Assembly: GCA_963663225.1 (NCBI GenBank)
Contig: OY760142.1
Coordinates: 320,001 to 384,000, forward strand
From: Nitrospirota bacterium
GTDB lineage: Bacteria > Nitrospirota > UBA9217
DNA length: 64,000 bases
Direction: 5' to 3'
The translations under genes were made by a program, and so were the position numbers. The stretch's first letter is position 1, and the number at the start of each line of letters is the position of its first letter. Below, piece after piece: positions 1-9,984 of the stretch. The notes beneath the pieces are model-generated. The model made no database searches. It saw only the letters and a list, made by a program, of their open reading frames with translations, and was not told the origin of the DNA.

Positions 1-1116
1 AAATTTCGCCGCGTATTCTTTGTGCCGCGGATCAACGATATCCGGCATCACCCGGCTGATGCTCTGCAGGATATCAATGGCAGGATAGTGATTTTCCATG
101 GCAAGCTCGCGAGAGAGAACGATATGGCCGTCGAGAATCGCCCTCGCAGAATCTCCCACCGGATCGGACATATCATCGCCTTCCACCAGCACGGTGTAGA
201 TGCCGGTAATGCTTCCCTTGCCTTCCGACGTGCCTACCCGTTCAAGCAGCCGGGGAAGAAGCGCGAAAACCGAAGGCGTATACCCCTTTGCCGTCGGCGG
301 CTCGCCCACGGCAAGCCCGATTTCGCGCTGGGCCATGGCGACACGGGTGAGTGAATCCATGAGCAGCAGCACATTCTCCCCCCGGTCTCTGAAGTATTCC
401 GCGATCGCCGTAGCTGCAAGCGCGGCGCGCACCTTTGCCAGGGGTGGTTGATCCGAGGTGGACACAAGCACTACTGATTTTTTCAACCCTTCGGGGCCGA
501 GGTCTTTTTCAATAAACTCCCGCACCTCGCGCCCCCGTTCTCCAATGAGCGCAATAACGTTGACCGTTGCCGCCGTATACTTTGCCATCATTCCGAGCAG
601 CACACTTTTACCGACACCAGAACCGGCCATGATGCCGATACGCTGCCCTTTTCCACAGGTAAGAATGCCGTTGATCGCACGGATGCCGAGGTCAATCGGC
701 TCCGAAATCCGCTGCCGCTTGAGCGGATGCGGCGTCGAAGATATAAGCGTGCATTCGGTGCCGCTGATGTGCTCCTTGCCGTCGATGACCAGTCCCCGGT
801 CATTCACGACCCTACCGACCAGTCCCGAAGAGACCCTGACCGCAACTTTTCTGCCGGCAGGCAGGACCCTGCTTCCCGGCTTGATGTCGGACAAATCTCC
901 TACCGCCATGAGCAAAACGTAACCGTCCTTAAAACCGACCACTTCCGCATCCAAAGACAGTCCTTCGGACAGAATCGCGCACGATTCCCCGATGCTTGCT
1001 TTTACACCGGTGGCCTTGATGATAATCCCGGTGATCTCAACCACCCGCCCGTACACCTTCAGGGGCTCGACCCGGGAAACGACCTCTCTATAGGGAGACA
1101 GATCAACGAGCGGCAC
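1..1116 (-). CDS. fliI: Flagellar export ATPase FliI (3' end runs off the window)
   Basis: Absent from the ORF track because there is no stop in the window. Manual translation from GTG at 1116 gives ...GQRIGIMAGSGVGKS (Walker A), IALIGERGREVREF, LLMDSLTRVAMAQREIGL, EGDDMSDPVGDSARAILDGH. Lies directly after fliH. Confidence 0.95.
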   Translation of the reverse strand, partial: MPLVDLSPYREVVSRVEPLKVYGRVVEITGIIIKATGVKASIGESCAILSEGLSLDAEVVGFKDGYVLLMAVGDLSDIKPGSRVLPAGRKVAVRVSSGLVGRVVNDRGLVIDGKEHISGTECTLISSTPHPLKRQRISEPIDLGIRAINGILTCGKGQRIGIMAGSGVGKSVLLGMMAKYTAATVNVIALIGERGREVREFIEKDLGPEGLKKSVVLVSTSDQPPLAKVRAALAATAIAEYFRDRGENVLLLMDSLTRVAMAQREIGLAVGEPPTAKGYTPSVFALLPRLLERVGTSEGKGSITGIYTVLVEGDDMSDPVGDSARAILDGHIVLSRELAMENHYPAIDILQSISRVMPDIVDPRHKEYAAKF

Positions 1117-1717
1117 GCTGGGCCCCCATGTCTTTAATAAGATTCCGGAGTTGCTCATCCAGATCAGTCACTACGTCTTCCATCCCTCCCATCACCACCG
1201 AGCCATGAGACGATACGGACGGATCCACATCAAATACGATGTCGGGATGGACGCTCTGGAGCTGCGGCCTCAGTTTCATAAACAGATCATACAGGGCAGG
1301 GTTTATTTTGATGGTTATCTGCCCTGATCGCTCAATCCTCAAAAGCGCTTCTTTTGTCATTGCAACAATGCTGTCCGGTTTCATTACCAGTTCACGCTTC
1401 AGGATTTTTTCCGCGATGCTTACGGCAAGTTCGACCACCTGCGGTTCGGCTTCCTGAACAAGTGTTTCCCGCAATGTCATCAACTCATGAAGAATATTGT
1501 CGATCCTGTCCAAAAACACCTTTGCCTTCTCCGTTCCCATCTCGAGTCCGGCTTTTTCTCCCGCCGCATACCCTTTTTCATATGCGTCGCGCTCGATGAA
1601 ATCAAGGCTCTTGCCGAGCGCAAACTCGTTTTTGAGGAGCGGCATAGCATAGAGCGATACACCCTTATTTTCCTGTGCATTTCTAGATAACAAGTTCTTC
1701 ACCACCCCGTCCGGCAA
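1103..1717 (-). CDS. fliH: Flagellar assembly protein FliH
   Basis: AYEKGYAAGEKAG (GxxxG repeats) and VVELAVSIAEKIL; located between fliG and fliI. True start is probably a TTG near 1693 overlapping the fliG stop. Confidence 0.9.
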   Translation of the reverse strand: MPDGVVKNLLSRNAQENKGVSLYAMPLLKNEFALGKSLDFIERDAYEKGYAAGEKAGLEMGTEKAKVFLDRIDNILHELMTLRETLVQEAEPQVVELAVSIAEKILKRELVMKPDSIVAMTKEALLRIERSGQITIKINPALYDLFMKLRPQLQSVHPDIVFDVDPSVSSHGSVVMGGMEDVVTDLDEQLRNLIKDMGAQRAAR

Positions 1718-2669
1718 GAATTATTTTGCCTTCTGTTTCAAGTTTTCTCGCTACTTTCACAATGTTCTGCTGCGCTTTTTCAACGTCGGAGACCTTGACC
1801 GGGCCCCGGTTCTGAATGTCTTCTTTCAAGATCGCCGATGCGCGCTGAGACATGTTCTTAAATATCTTGTCTTTCAGCGAATCACTGGTTGACTTCAACG
1901 CCAAAGCAAGGTCTTCCTGGCTTACCTCTTTCAGAATGAGCTGGATGCCCCGGTCGTCAACCTTCACCAGGTCGTCAAATACGAACATGAGCTGACGGAT
2001 GGAATCGGCAACCGTACTGTTTACTCCTTCGATCCCCTGCAGCACTTTCTGTTCCGTGCTCCGGTCGCACTGGTTCAGTATCTCCGCAATCGTTTTATTG
2101 CCGCCTAGTTTCTTGCCCTTGCCCTTCCCTCCCATGTCAAGCTGGCCTTTGAGAACATCCTTTAGTTCTTCTATCGCGGTTTCTGGAATCCGTTCGGTCA
2201 TGGCGATCCTCATGGCGACATCGGATTTGAGCGTGTCCGGCAGGCCCGAAAGCACTTCTGCCGCCTGCGTCGGCTCCAGCAGACAGATGATAAGCGCGAT
2301 GGTCTGGGGATGCTCCGTAATAAGAAAGTTTACCAGGACCTTGGGCTCCACCCATTTCAGCGCATCGAGAGGCCCCTCCTTGGAAGCCATTTCCATGATT
2401 TTGCTCGCCCCGTCTTCGCCCAGACCTTTTACAAGGGCTTTTTTCATGAATTCTTCTCCGCCTACATGCAGGTTCCCATGGGTCACCATGTCCGACACCT
2501 CTCTCAGGACATCCTCCATGGAATTCCGGTCCACTTTCTTAAGCCTCGTCATGTAGGTGGTGATTCGTCCGATATCCTTCACATCAAGGCCCTTGAGTAT
2601 TTCCGATGCGGCGTCTTCACCGATTGAGCTCAAAAATATTGCAGCTTTTTCATGTCCATTGAGCGGCAT
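1683..2669 (-). CDS. fliG: Flagellar motor switch protein FliG
   Basis: EKAAIFL, EHPQTIA, MFVFDDL and NMSQRA motifs. Confidence 0.97.
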   Translation of the reverse strand: MPLNGHEKAAIFLSSIGEDAASEILKGLDVKDIGRITTYMTRLKKVDRNSMEDVLREVSDMVTHGNLHVGGEEFMKKALVKGLGEDGASKIMEMASKEGPLDALKWVEPKVLVNFLITEHPQTIALIICLLEPTQAAEVLSGLPDTLKSDVAMRIAMTERIPETAIEELKDVLKGQLDMGGKGKGKKLGGNKTIAEILNQCDRSTEQKVLQGIEGVNSTVADSIRQLMFVFDDLVKVDDRGIQLILKEVSQEDLALALKSTSDSLKDKIFKNMSQRASAILKEDIQNRGPVKVSDVEKAQQNIVKVARKLETEGKIILAGRGGEELVI

Positions 2670-2766
2670 GTAATCCACCTGTTAACTATCGATTTGAATT
2701 GACTGCACCATCAAAAACGTATAACCAAACCCGAGCGACCGGAAGTTCCGGAAATTTCGGAACACG

Positions 2767-4323
2767 TCATCGTTCTTCCAGCCATCCCTTCACCATGCTT
2801 GCCGCATCTCTTGGATTTCTTTTTGCCCAGTCAATCACCTGGTCCTTTCCAGACGGCTCCTTGGACTCGAGCGAGCGTTCTAGCTGGGCAACGGATTGGG
2901 GCAGTTGCATCTGCTGTGTCCGGGGAATGCCCGTCGGCGTCGTCAACGCCTTCATCATGGGTCTTACCACGAACAAAAAGAGCAGAATAATTGCCGCCAG
3001 CGGAACGATATACTTTGCCGCCGAAGTCGCCGTATTGATAATAACCGCTGTCTGGCCGGCGGGTTTATCTGCATCGGCAAATTCCTCCTGCGGTGACGTT
3101 TCAAAAGGCATATTGACCACTTTGACTTCATCGCCTCGTGCCGCCGTGAAACCGATCGCTTTTTTCACCATTTCTTCAAATTGCTGAATGGCCTCTTCAG
3201 TGCGAGGAGTATATTTCGCCTCTTTTGATCCGGCTTGGGTCGCGTATGTTCCGTCGACAAGCACCACGGCGGATATTTTTTTAACTTCACCGGTCGGGCT
3301 GACTATACGGCTGACTACTTTGCTGATTTCATAATTGACGGTATCATTCTTTTTCTCTGACGTTGCCGGGACCGGTTTTGACACCGCCTGCTGCGCTTTG
3401 TCCGGAAGATTCGAAGTAACGCCCGGCACGCCTGCGGGACTTCCCGCGTTCGATTTTTCACTGCTCCGCTGTTCACTTCTGACGACCTGTCCGTCGGGAT
3501 CATACTTTTCTTCGGTCTTTTCTGTTTTGGTAAAGTCGAGTGCCGCGGAAATTCTGGCGCGCACCTTTCCTTTGCCGACCACCGGCTCAAGCATGCTCAC
3601 CACTTTTGTTTCTATGTCCTTCTCGTAGCCCCGTTGATAATCGAACTGGCCGCTCGTCAGGGCCATGTTTTCGTCGACTCGGGACGTAAACATTTCGCCG
3701 TTGCTGTTCACCACGGACACATCGTTCGGATCGAGCCCCTCAACGCTGCTCGACACCAGGTGCACAATCCCCTGCACCTGCGACTGGGTCAGCCGTCTTC
3801 CGGCCTTAAGCTTGACGAGCACCGACGCTTTCGGTTTTCCCTCCTTCTGCATGAACAGGGATTTTTCCGGAACCACAAGATGCACTCTGCACTGGTCTAT
3901 TTCTGCAAGAGAACGGATCGTCCTCGCCAATTCTCCCTGGAGGGCCCTGCGGTAATTCAATTTCTGAACAAAATCCGTCATGGTAAAACTTGTCTTGTCG
4001 AACAGTTCGAATCCGATGCCGCCGCCCTGCGGCAGGCCCTGACCAGCAAGCTGGAGCCGCAACTCGTATACTTTGTCGGTCGGCACCATGATCCCGCCGC
4101 CTTCAGTACGGTAGGGAACCCGCAGCTCATTCAGCTTCTGAATAATGGCACCACCGTCTTCCTGGGTAAGATTTGAGAAGAGGAGCTGGTATTCCACTTT
4201 CTGGCTCCAGGTCACCAGCATGATGATTGCCGCAACAATCAGGACAACGACCCCCAGAAGGGTCATTTTTTTCTGGAGCGGCATGATTTTAACCTGCTCT
4301 GTAATCGTATTTAAGTCTGCCAT
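2767..4323 (-). CDS. fliF: Flagellar M-ring protein FliF
   Basis: Two TM segments, GFELFD, RALQGELARTI, ASVLVKL, AIGF...RGDEVKV. Confidence 0.97.
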   Translation of the reverse strand: MADLNTITEQVKIMPLQKKMTLLGVVVLIVAAIIMLVTWSQKVEYQLLFSNLTQEDGGAIIQKLNELRVPYRTEGGGIMVPTDKVYELRLQLAGQGLPQGGGIGFELFDKTSFTMTDFVQKLNYRRALQGELARTIRSLAEIDQCRVHLVVPEKSLFMQKEGKPKASVLVKLKAGRRLTQSQVQGIVHLVSSSVEGLDPNDVSVVNSNGEMFTSRVDENMALTSGQFDYQRGYEKDIETKVVSMLEPVVGKGKVRARISAALDFTKTEKTEEKYDPDGQVVRSEQRSSEKSNAGSPAGVPGVTSNLPDKAQQAVSKPVPATSEKKNDTVNYEISKVVSRIVSPTGEVKKISAVVLVDGTYATQAGSKEAKYTPRTEEAIQQFEEMVKKAIGFTAARGDEVKVVNMPFETSPQEEFADADKPAGQTAVIINTATSAAKYIVPLAAIILLFLFVVRPMMKALTTPTGIPRTQQMQLPQSVAQLERSLESKEPSGKDQVIDWAKRNPRDAASMVKGWLEER

Positions 4324-4414
4324 GACATACCTCTGATTAAAAATGCGAAATAAAATTCAATGTTGCATTCTGATAACGGCCACTGATCCGAACCGAACAG
4401 CTGCTTTCCTTGCT

Positions 4415-4705
4415 TTAAATCTGCATTTTCATGATTTCTTGATACGCGGAAAGCAACTTGTTTCTTACTTCGATCATCAGCTGAAAATTCATATCCGCTT
4501 TCTCCATGGACATAATCGCCTGCGTCACGTCTCCCCCGCTTGCGAGCTCCTTTACGGCCTTGTCCGCATCATTCTGCACCTGCGTGAGCTTTCCCATGGC
4601 CTCCTGCATAATATCGTCGAAGACCGAGGACGTTTCTTTGCCCGTCGTTTTGAGCTGGGAGAAATTATCTCCTGCGCCGGCTCCGGTAATTTTGAGGTCA
4701 GACAT
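4415..4705 (-). CDS. fliE: Flagellar hook-basal body protein FliE
   Basis: C-terminal EVRNKLLSAYQEIMKMQI signature; GAGGAG RBS before MSDLK. Confidence 0.95.
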   Translation of the reverse strand: MSDLKITGAGAGDNFSQLKTTGKETSSVFDDIMQEAMGKLTQVQNDADKAVKELASGGDVTQAIMSMEKADMNFQLMIEVRNKLLSAYQEIMKMQI

Positions 4706-4731
4706 GGCTTCCTCCTCGTGCACATTATTTA

Positions 4732-5145
4732 TTACGCTTTCAACAGATCAAGCGTTCTCATCAGATTTGATTTCGACATGTTGAAGGCCGCGACCGATGC
4801 TTCATACGCCCGCGAGGCCATCATCATGTTCACCATTTCTTCAATCACATTTACGTTCGGCATTGCCACGAACCCGTTCTTGTCCGCGTCGGGATGCCCG
4901 GGATCGTAGATCATTTTCGGAGGTGTCGAGTCAACCACCACCTCGGAAACCTTCACGCCTTCGAGCCCCTCGGTAGTCGATTTTTCCGGTTCTGCCGAAA
5001 AGACCACGTCTCTTCTTTTGTACGGTCCGCCCTCGGCGGTACGGGTGGAATGAGCATTCGCCATATTCGAAGCGATGACATTCATACGCTGACGCTGTGC
5101 CGCGAGCGCTGATGCGCTTACCTGAAAAACACCGAAAGAATCCAT
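4732..5145 (-). CDS. flgC: Basal-body rod protein FlgC
   Basis: ASNMANA, YDPGHPDAD, PNVNVIEEM, ASRAYEA. Confidence 0.97.
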   Translation of the reverse strand: MDSFGVFQVSASALAAQRQRMNVIASNMANAHSTRTAEGGPYKRRDVVFSAEPEKSTTEGLEGVKVSEVVVDSTPPKMIYDPGHPDADKNGFVAMPNVNVIEEMVNMMMASRAYEASVAAFNMSKSNLMRTLDLLKA

Positions 5146-5148
5146 ACG

Positions 5149-5511
5149 TTACCCCTTGATTGCGTTTTTGAACATCTTGATTTTTGCTCCAAGCATGGAC
5201 ACACTGGTCTGAAACAGAATCGAGTTCTCCGTCATTTTGGAAACTTCCTTGTCGAGTTCTACCGTATTCTGATCGACCCAGGCCTGCGCATCCTCCGCGG
5301 TCAATATCTGTGGTGATCCCGTCTCACTCCCGCCCAAATGCTGCGCGGAGGTGACCGTAAGCTTTAATTCTGAACCAAGAACCTGGCTGAACTGAACGTC
5401 CTTTGCCTTGTACCCCGGAGTGTCGACGTTGGCAATATTTGAGGTAATCACCTTATGCCGGAATCCCGTTGCCTCTACCAGCCGATTAAGGATTGTAAAA
5501 CCGTCACTCAT
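5149..5511 (-). CDS. flgB: Basal-body rod protein FlgB
   Basis: SNIANVDTPGYKAKD, DQNTVELDKE. Confidence 0.95.
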   Translation of the reverse strand: MSDGFTILNRLVEATGFRHKVITSNIANVDTPGYKAKDVQFSQVLGSELKLTVTSAQHLGGSETGSPQILTAEDAQAWVDQNTVELDKEVSKMTENSILFQTSVSMLGAKIKMFKNAIKG

Positions 5512-5535
5512 CGCTATCCTCCTTACTTAATTACT

Positions 5536-5551
5536 ATCAAATATCATGCCA
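5536..5551 (-). promoter_or_regulatory. sigma54-type promoter of the flgB operon (non-canonical -12)
   Basis: Minus strand TGGCATGATATTTGAT = GG-N10-GA, about 25 nt upstream of the flgB ATG and its AAGGAGG RBS. Confidence 0.65.
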
Positions 5552-5604
5552 GAAGCTCTTGTAAAATCTCTTTAATTTTCCAACATATCTTCCGACAGCT
5601 CGTG

Positions 5605-6930
5605 CTAATACGCGGCACTTTTTTCGTAACCCGGGAAATTTTTTCCGTATTCGTTCAACTTATTTCGTATGGTCCTGACGCTCACCCCGAGTATTTGTGC
5701 CGCTTTTGTCTTGTTGCCGTGAACGTCCTTAAGTGTCTTTAAAATCAATTCTTTTTCCATATCTCTGATTTTCCCGTTGGCGGCCTGGTCCTCCCCTTCC
5801 GCAGCATCCACCATGAGATCGCACGGTTCAATCAGGTCTCCGGCGCAGATCAATACCGCCCGTTGAATAACATTTTCCAACTCCCGCACATTACCGCGCC
5901 ATGATCGTCCTTTCAGGATCGCTATGGCCTCCTCCGAACATCCCCGGATGTTTTTTCCCGCAGCTGCGGAAAACCGTTCGATAAAGCGTGCACTGAGTGC
6001 GACAATATCTTCCGGTCTTTCCCGGAGCGTCGGCACTTTCAGGGGAAACACGTTCAGCCGATAAAACAGATCTTCACGAAAACGCCCTTCTGCGCATTCC
6101 TTGGCAAGGTTTCTGTTTGTTGTCGCCAAAACACGGACATCGACAGGAATCGGTTCTTTCCCGCCGACGCGGTCGATCTCACGCTCCTGCAGGGCCCTCA
6201 AGAGCTTTGCCTGCAGCATCAGGGGAAGTTCTCCTATTTCATCAAGCAGAAGGGTTCCACCGTCCGCCAGTTCGAACTTGCCTTTTTTCCTCTCGATCGC
6301 GCCGGTGAATGCGCCCTTCTCATGTCCGAAAAGTTCGGATTCAAGCAGATTATCGGGGATCGCCGCGCAATTTACGGCAACAAATGGTTTGTCTTTTCTC
6401 CGGCTTGTCTGCTGAATCCGCCTTGCAAGCAGTTCCTTTCCCGTACCGCTTTCTCCGTTAATAAGCACTGTAATGTCATTTGCCGCAAGGTTCTCCGCAA
6501 GCGCCACAATTTTCTTCATCTCGGGGCTTTCCACCAGCATGTCCTTTCCTGCGGCAGCACGGCTTATGATGGAATCAAGCGCTTTTTTCAGCGAATCGAA
6601 GGAAAAAGGTTTCATAAGATAATCCGTCGCGCCTTCTTTCATGCTTTCCACTGCGTTTTCGACGGTCCCAAACCCGGTTATTACCAGCACCGGCAGATTT
6701 CCGATGCGGCGGCGTATTTCCTTCAAAAAAGTGAGGCCGTCCATTTTCGGCATATTCATGTCCGTCACCACCAACTGATAGCCGGATTGCTGCAGCTTGT
6801 TCAGGCCTTCTGCCCCGCCGTCGCACACAACCACCGGAAAACCCATTCGCTGAATGGCCTCTTTCAGTGCTGATCGCATTTGCGGGTCGTCATCGACGAC
6901 AAGAATAGGTTTTGTACATGCTGTCTGCAC
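5605..6930 (-). CDS. sigma54-dependent response regulator (FleR/FlrC-like: REC-AAA-HTH)
   Basis: LVVDDD...TDMNMP receiver, GESGTGKE, GAFTGA, LLDEIGE, C-terminal Fis-type HTH. Start set at GTG 6930 after AAGGAG. Sits downstream of a kinase and upstream of flgB. Confidence 0.9.
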   Translation of the reverse strand: MQTACTKPILVVDDDPQMRSALKEAIQRMGFPVVVCDGGAEGLNKLQQSGYQLVVTDMNMPKMDGLTFLKEIRRRIGNLPVLVITGFGTVENAVESMKEGATDYLMKPFSFDSLKKALDSIISRAAAGKDMLVESPEMKKIVALAENLAANDITVLINGESGTGKELLARRIQQTSRRKDKPFVAVNCAAIPDNLLESELFGHEKGAFTGAIERKKGKFELADGGTLLLDEIGELPLMLQAKLLRALQEREIDRVGGKEPIPVDVRVLATTNRNLAKECAEGRFREDLFYRLNVFPLKVPTLRERPEDIVALSARFIERFSAAAGKNIRGCSEEAIAILKGRSWRGNVRELENVIQRAVLICAGDLIEPCDLMVDAAEGEDQAANGKIRDMEKELILKTLKDVHGNKTKAAQILGVSVRTIRNKLNEYGKNFPGYEKSAAY

Positions 6931-6956
6931 GGTAATGCTCCTTTCGCTGTCCGCGG

Positions 6957-8168
6957 TTAGCCGTGAGTTCCCGAAAGAACCGGCGCGGACAATTCTGCAC
7001 GGGCCAAGGTGCCGTTTCCGGTCTCTTCTAAGGAAAACCATAGGCTGAACGTGCTGCCTTTTCCCGATTCGCTCCGGACCGTGATCGCTCCTTTGTGGGC
7101 CTGCATAATTTTTGAAGTAATCGCCAGCCCAAGGCCGGTCCCGGAGTCCTTTGTTGTGAAAAATGGATCAAAAATCTTTTCAACGTTCTCGGGTGCAATG
7201 CCGCCGCCGTTGTCCGTGATATTTACGGCCACCTGGTTGTTGCTGCTTGCCGTCGTTATTTGAATCACGCCGCCGTCGGGCATGGCCTGCACCGCATTCA
7301 TAATAATGTTCATAAACACCTGTTTCAAAAGTTCTGCGTCTCCCATAATGGAGCAAGGTGCCGTCGCACGTTCAATGGTTACTCTGCGGGAATTCAAGAG
7401 CGGCGCCAGCATGTTCTGGGACTCCAGAATGACACTCTCCAGCTCGACAGACCTGAACGATGGTCTCCGGGGGCGCGCGAACAACAGCATATTGGTGAGA
7501 ATCGCATTGAGATTGCCGATCCCGGTTGAAATCCCTTGTGCAAGATCCCTGTGCTGGGTGTCTACAAGCTCTTTTTCGAGCATGCTCGCGAATAATTCAA
7601 TGCTGCAGAGCGGATTTCTGATTTCGTGTACGATCTTAACCGCCATTTCTCCCATGGAAATCAGACGCTGGTTGCGTTCCTGCTGGACTTCGAGCTCGCG
7701 CAGCCTTGTTATGTCCTTGATAAGCACAACACGCCCTCGCGACAATCCCGCTGCATCGACGACATTGGAATGAGATACGATGACCGTATATTTTTTCCCT
7801 TTCACCGTCAGCATGGTCTCCGGTCCTTCATCGGCCAGTGAGAAGTCAAGCGCTGAAAATGATTTCCCGGCGGATGTCCCCGGATCAAGGCCGAGCAGCT
7901 TCTCCGCGGACCGGTTCAGCATCGTGACCTGGCCGCGGGGATCCACAACAACGATGGCTTCTTCGAGGTTGTAGAGCACGGCATTCAGATAGTCCTTGCT
8001 TTGTTCTGCTTCGGCGAGCGCCCGGTTGAGCTGGTGGTTTTTGTTCTCCAGCTCCTTTGTCAGGTAGGTGATCCGGTCCTGCAAAAGCCCGTAATAGGAC
8101 TCAAGACTCTGCGATGCCCGGGTGAAATTATCAAACGCCTGATTCAGTTGTTCCACGTTCATAGCCAT
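6957..8168 (-). CDS. Cytoplasmic PAS histidine kinase (FleS/FlrB-like)
   Basis: N-terminal LNQAFDNF..ASQSLESYY..LQ coil typical of FleS/FlrB, PAS-like segment, HEIRNPL H-box, N/G boxes (DNGGG, FFTTK, GTGLGL), no TM. Start overlaps the upstream stop (TAATG). Confidence 0.88.
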   Translation of the reverse strand: MAMNVEQLNQAFDNFTRASQSLESYYGLLQDRITYLTKELENKNHQLNRALAEAEQSKDYLNAVLYNLEEAIVVVDPRGQVTMLNRSAEKLLGLDPGTSAGKSFSALDFSLADEGPETMLTVKGKKYTVIVSHSNVVDAAGLSRGRVVLIKDITRLRELEVQQERNQRLISMGEMAVKIVHEIRNPLCSIELFASMLEKELVDTQHRDLAQGISTGIGNLNAILTNMLLFARPRRPSFRSVELESVILESQNMLAPLLNSRRVTIERATAPCSIMGDAELLKQVFMNIIMNAVQAMPDGGVIQITTASSNNQVAVNITDNGGGIAPENVEKIFDPFFTTKDSGTGLGLAITSKIMQAHKGAITVRSESGKGSTFSLWFSLEETGNGTLARAELSAPVLSGTHG

Positions 8169-9973
8169 TATGGTATCCTTTCGGAAATAGACCTGCCCTG
8201 CAGGTCCGCGCCGGCAAGACGGCCCAACGCGCTTTTGACCATTTTTATTTTCGCAAGCGCATCTGACGCCTGCTTTGCCGGTGCCAGCAGGGAAACTCGG
8301 TAGCAGGCCCATTCGATGTCCGCAAGCACTGCAGAGTTCTGCTTATTATCTATCTTGAGCGAAGCAACTGCGGCATAGTGCCCCAGGGCCTCCTGCTTTT
8401 TCCCCTGATCAAACAGAAAATCCGCAAACATGACCTGCGCGGTCGGCGACCACTGATTTTTTGAAAATAAATTATTGCAGAATACCACCGCCTGGCCGGG
8501 GTCCGGCAGTGACCGCGCCACGTCAAGGAGCAGTTGAACATCCGGTTCTTTCATTTCCTTGATGTTCTTCAGGGTTGCGAGCGTTTCCTGATATGCTCCG
8601 TTTACAAACAAGACTCTCGCCTGCGTCCGCAGCGCATCGTCTTCCGTGGCCAATTTTTTGCCCCGTTTGGCATACTGCGATGCAATTGCAGCCTCGCCGA
8701 TGTCCGCATAGAAATCAGCCAGGAGAAGCCTCCCTTGCGCCTTTGTTTCTTCCGAGCCGTTTTTTATGAGCCATCTGCAGATATCAAGGTAAATTTTCCC
8801 GGAGTGACGAAGAGCGCGTGCGATCTTTACGACGGATTGAGCCCGCGATGGTTCAAGGAGCCAGTGGCCCGCCACACGCCATACATTGGCCAGCTCCGCA
8901 TTGTTTTTGTCTTTCATCTCGATCAGCAGGGACTCGATCTCCTCAAGCGCCGCGGGCACCGGCGTACGTCTGCAAACCAGTTCGTTCAGAAAAGGAACCG
9001 CCGACTCCGGCTTGCCCTGGCTTCTGTACATTTTCGCAAGAAGGAGCAGTGCTGTGTCATATTCTTTCCCGTAAGGGTAGTTCCGCCGTATCTCAAGAAG
9101 ATTATTGAGCGCTTCTTCTTGCTTTCCCCAGGCGAGATAGGTCGTTGCCAGATGCAGGAGCGCCTGCTGATGCAGTCTCCGGTCTTTGGTAGTGAGCACT
9201 TCGGTAAAATACTTTTCTGCTGCGGAATATTTTTTTTCTTCTTTGGCGATCAGACCAAGCCCGGCATACGCAGAGAGCTGCAGATCAGGGTCTTTGATGG
9301 AATTTAGATAAATTTTTGCGTCCAGCAGTCTGCCCATCTCCCGAAAATTCTCACCGATATTGAAAAGTGCTTCCTGCGAGGATTCCACAAATTTTTTATC
9401 TCTGGCAAGAAGCGCCATGTACAGGTCATTGGCTTTTTTATAATTTCCGAGTTTGTGGACCGTATTTGCTTTTCCTAAGAGCGCCTGGACTGTTTCACCT
9501 GCTTTTTCATATGACTCAAGTGCCTCGTGAAAATTGCCGAGTTGGTACAATGAATCGGCGAGTCCAAGTTCAGCACGGGGCATGAATGAGGACTGCGGAA
9601 AATTTTTAAGAAAATTCCGGTAGCAAACCGTGGCCTCGGAATAATAGGTCATTTTTTTGTAGGTCTCCGCCCTGTCCAGAAGCAACCGTTCCTTCTCCGC
9701 TGTCGTGGCCGCATAAATATAAGCGATCCTGAAATGTTCTATGGATTCGGCCGGCTTTTTCATTTGCACAAGCGATTGTGCGAACAGGCTATGGTATCCA
9801 GAAAGTTCACGGCTGGTCGGCTGGTATGCTGACAGGACGTCCAGAGCATCTTCCGGCTTATTTGCATTCAACAATATCCGTGCTTTTTCGATCGGGCTGG
9901 TGCCTGTTGCGGAATCATCGGCTAAAACAGCCAAAGGCAGAAGAAGCGCTATGACAATAAACGCTATTCTCAT
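8168..9973 (-). CDS. Secreted/periplasmic TPR-repeat protein
   Basis: Sec-type signal MRIAFIVIALLLPLAVLA followed by many TPR-like helical repeats (LGLADSLYQLGNFHEALESYEKA). Start is 9973 or 9982. Confidence 0.8.
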   Translation of the reverse strand: MRIAFIVIALLLPLAVLADDSATGTSPIEKARILLNANKPEDALDVLSAYQPTSRELSGYHSLFAQSLVQMKKPAESIEHFRIAYIYAATTAEKERLLLDRAETYKKMTYYSEATVCYRNFLKNFPQSSFMPRAELGLADSLYQLGNFHEALESYEKAGETVQALLGKANTVHKLGNYKKANDLYMALLARDKKFVESSQEALFNIGENFREMGRLLDAKIYLNSIKDPDLQLSAYAGLGLIAKEEKKYSAAEKYFTEVLTTKDRRLHQQALLHLATTYLAWGKQEEALNNLLEIRRNYPYGKEYDTALLLLAKMYRSQGKPESAVPFLNELVCRRTPVPAALEEIESLLIEMKDKNNAELANVWRVAGHWLLEPSRAQSVVKIARALRHSGKIYLDICRWLIKNGSEETKAQGRLLLADFYADIGEAAIASQYAKRGKKLATEDDALRTQARVLFVNGAYQETLATLKNIKEMKEPDVQLLLDVARSLPDPGQAVVFCNNLFSKNQWSPTAQVMFADFLFDQGKKQEALGHYAAVASLKIDNKQNSAVLADIEWACYRVSLLAPAKQASDALAKIKMVKSALGRLAGADLQGRSISERIP

Positions 9974-9984
9974 ACCTGACATAA

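Noticed and set aside
22-1137. Several plus-strand ORFs of 83-154 aa at the window start
   Set aside because: Antisense shadows of fliI, which the ORF track missed because its stop lies outside the window.
2739-2762. CCGGAA-rich repeats after fliF, with similar CGGGAAATTT at about 5632 and 32335
   Set aside because: Too degenerate, and not consistently placed relative to promoters, to call an operator.
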